Below are positions 62,477 through 64,000 of a stretch of 64,000 nucleotides of DNA, in pieces (positions within the stretch are counted from its first letter, which is position 1; each line of letters starts with the position of its first letter). The stretch lies in contig JAJZKE010000001.1 of NCBI GenBank assembly GCA_021809645.1, forward strand, positions 47,245 through 111,244. The letters are read 5' to 3'. Below the pieces are notes generated by a model, which saw only the letters and a list, made by a program, of their open reading frames with translations, was not told where the DNA came from and made no database searches. The position numbers and the translations under genes are program-made. This stretch comes from a bacterium. Lineage in GTDB: Bacteria > Patescibacteriota > Saccharimonadia > Saccharimonadales > UBA4665.

Positions 62477-63124
62477 ATGAAAGCAGTATTTGTTAAGAAA
62501 ATAAATATTAATCATTCTGACGGTTATAGTTTTTTCTTCAAGCCTGATAGAGCGTTAAAACATATTGCCGGACAATTTACCGAATTATCTATAAAAGGTG
62601 TCGGCAAACACTGGTTTACAATTAGTAGTTCTCCTGGCGAAGAATGCTTCTCAATTACAACTAGATTAACTGGAAGCCCATATAAAAACGCTTTAGATAA
62701 TTTAAAAAAAGGCGACGTTATTGAAGCTGCCGAAGCAATGGGTGATTTTGTTCTACCGGTCAATAAAAATAAAGAAATTCTAATGATTGCCGGTGGTATA
62801 GGCATAACACCGTTTCAAAGTATTATCAAAGATTGTTATCTAAAGCATGAAAAAAGAAATTTACATTTAGTATATGCTAGTAGTAAAAAAGAAGACTTTA
62901 TTGATTTAACAAAATATAAGTCGATACTAAAAAGTTATAAAAAAATTATTGGCCAACTAACCGTAGAAGATATCCTTAAATCTTCATCTCAACTTAATGA
63001 TCCGTATATCTATTTATCTGGCCCGGAAAAAATGATTGAAGTTTTAACTGAGAAGTTAAAAAATAGTGGTATAAAAGATAATCATATCATTGCTGATTAT
63101 TTTCCTGGTTATAGTCAAATTTAA
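62477..63124 (+). CDS. FNR-like FAD-binding oxidoreductase
   Basis: GQF, FTISS, IAGGIGITPF, YLSGP; no Fe-S domain. Confidence 0.85.
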   Translation: MKAVFVKKININHSDGYSFFFKPDRALKHIAGQFTELSIKGVGKHWFTISSSPGEECFSITTRLTGSPYKNALDNLKKGDVIEAAEAMGDFVLPVNKNKEILMIAGGIGITPFQSIIKDCYLKHEKRNLHLVYASSKKEDFIDLTKYKSILKSYKKIIGQLTVEDILKSSSQLNDPYIYLSGPEKMIEVLTEKLKNSGIKDNHIIADYFPGYSQI

Positions 63125-64000
63125 GTCTTATGACGATTTTCTAAATATTCTCTAATTTTTAGAGCAGCAGTCGCCCCTTCGCCAGCTGCTGAAGCAATTT
63201 GCATAGTAGCGCCACTTCGAACGTCGCCAGCAGCAAAGACTCCTTTCATCGATGTCTGTAGATCTTCGTCGGTTTTTATAAAACCAACTTTATCTAGTTC
63301 AATTTTATTTTTAAGAAATTGACTATTTGGAACTAATCCGACAAAGATAAAAACACCATCAACTTCTATTCCGTGAGGTCGACCTTTTTCAGTAACTTTA
63401 ATTTTGTTTACTAAATTATCTTGTCCCAATATCTCATCTGTTGTTGTTGATAAATGAATAGTTATCTTGCCGTTTTTAACGTACTTATCTAATTCTTTGA
63501 CTAGGATATCGCTTGCTTTAATGGTTGATCTTACTAGCATATCTATATGGCTTGCATAACGTGTTAAAAATATTGTCTCTTGTACAGCTGAGTTACCACC
63601 GCCAACGACGGCAATCCTCTTGTCACGATAAAATGCACCATCGCAAGTTGCACAATAATGAACTCCGCGAGCTAAATACTCTAGCTCACCAGGTACGCCA
63701 ATTTTTTTATAATCACAACCGGTGGCTATCAATACTGCTTTAGCTAAATGGTCACCATCTGTTGTTTTTAATAATTTTAGTTTTCCTTGATCTTGAATAT
63801 CATTAACTTCACCAAGTTCGATTTCTGATCCAAAACGTTCTGCTTGCTTTCTCAGATCATCAGCTAGACTAAGTCCGGCTATTCCGTCAGGAAAGCCTGG
63901 ATAATTATCAATCTTGTCGGTAATTGCTGCTAGTCCGCCAACTACTCCTCTCTCATAAAGAAGTGTATCAATATCTTCTCGAGTAGTGTATATCGCAGCA
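63121..64000 (-). CDS. trxB: Thioredoxin reductase (5' end beyond window)
   Basis: Frame open to window edge; NYPGF, ATG, CATCDG, GGGNSA, FAAGD. Confidence 0.93.
   Translation of the reverse strand, partial: AAIYTTREDIDTLLYERGVVGGLAAITDKIDNYPGFPDGIAGLSLADDLRKQAERFGSEIELGEVNDIQDQGKLKLLKTTDGDHLAKAVLIATGCDYKKIGVPGELEYLARGVHYCATCDGAFYRDKRIAVVGGGNSAVQETIFLTRYASHIDMLVRSTIKASDILVKELDKYVKNGKITIHLSTTTDEILGQDNLVNKIKVTEKGRPHGIEVDGVFIFVGLVPNSQFLKNKIELDKVGFIKTDEDLQTSMKGVFAAGDVRSGATMQIASAAGEGATAALKIREYLENRHKT

Noticed and set aside
397..63743. Many short ORFs antisense to or nested in core genes (e.g. 796-1050, 17939-18238, 34332-34634)
   Set aside because: Shadow frames of well-identified genes, with no motifs or RBS
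1..64000. CRISPR array, IS element, prophage or rRNA
   Set aside because: No spaced repeats, transposase, phage genes or unexplained long non-coding stretch seen

Overview
Low-GC, gene-dense core-genome segment, mostly on the minus strand, using standard code 11 (TGA is a stop). Gene content and protein style suggest Saccharibacteria (TM7, Patescibacteria/CPR); this is inference, not a database result. Contents: rpoB-rpoC, str/S10/spc ribosomal cluster, clpP, tig, tRNA-Leu, recG, tyrS, a class A PBP, clpC, nusA, pepN, rnhB, rplS, pilB, dnaE, gatCAB, uvrB, a gap-rpiB-rpe-tkt-fba-pfkB operon, ppa and trxB. I saw no mobile element, CRISPR array or rRNA. The unusual signals lie inside core machinery. 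(1) EF-G has a rewired nucleotide pocket (G4 NKxD to NKIN, G5 replaced, conserved post-P-loop Arg lost). (2) RNA polymerase has a remodelled trigger loop and NTP-entry region and has lost both Cys4 zinc sites, part of a window-wide loss of structural Cys-Zn sites. (3) Orphan ORFs are inserted at normally invariant junctions of translation operons. (4) Several cis-elements are visible: two perfect CIRCE boxes at clpP and clpC, a two-state rplC leader, a nusA attenuator, an uvrB palindrome, and leaderless-type promoters. Two genes are interrupted (MFS by a nonsense codon, PBP by a homopolymer frameshift), possibly sequencing errors. Comparisons to canonical motifs are from memory and need alignment checks.
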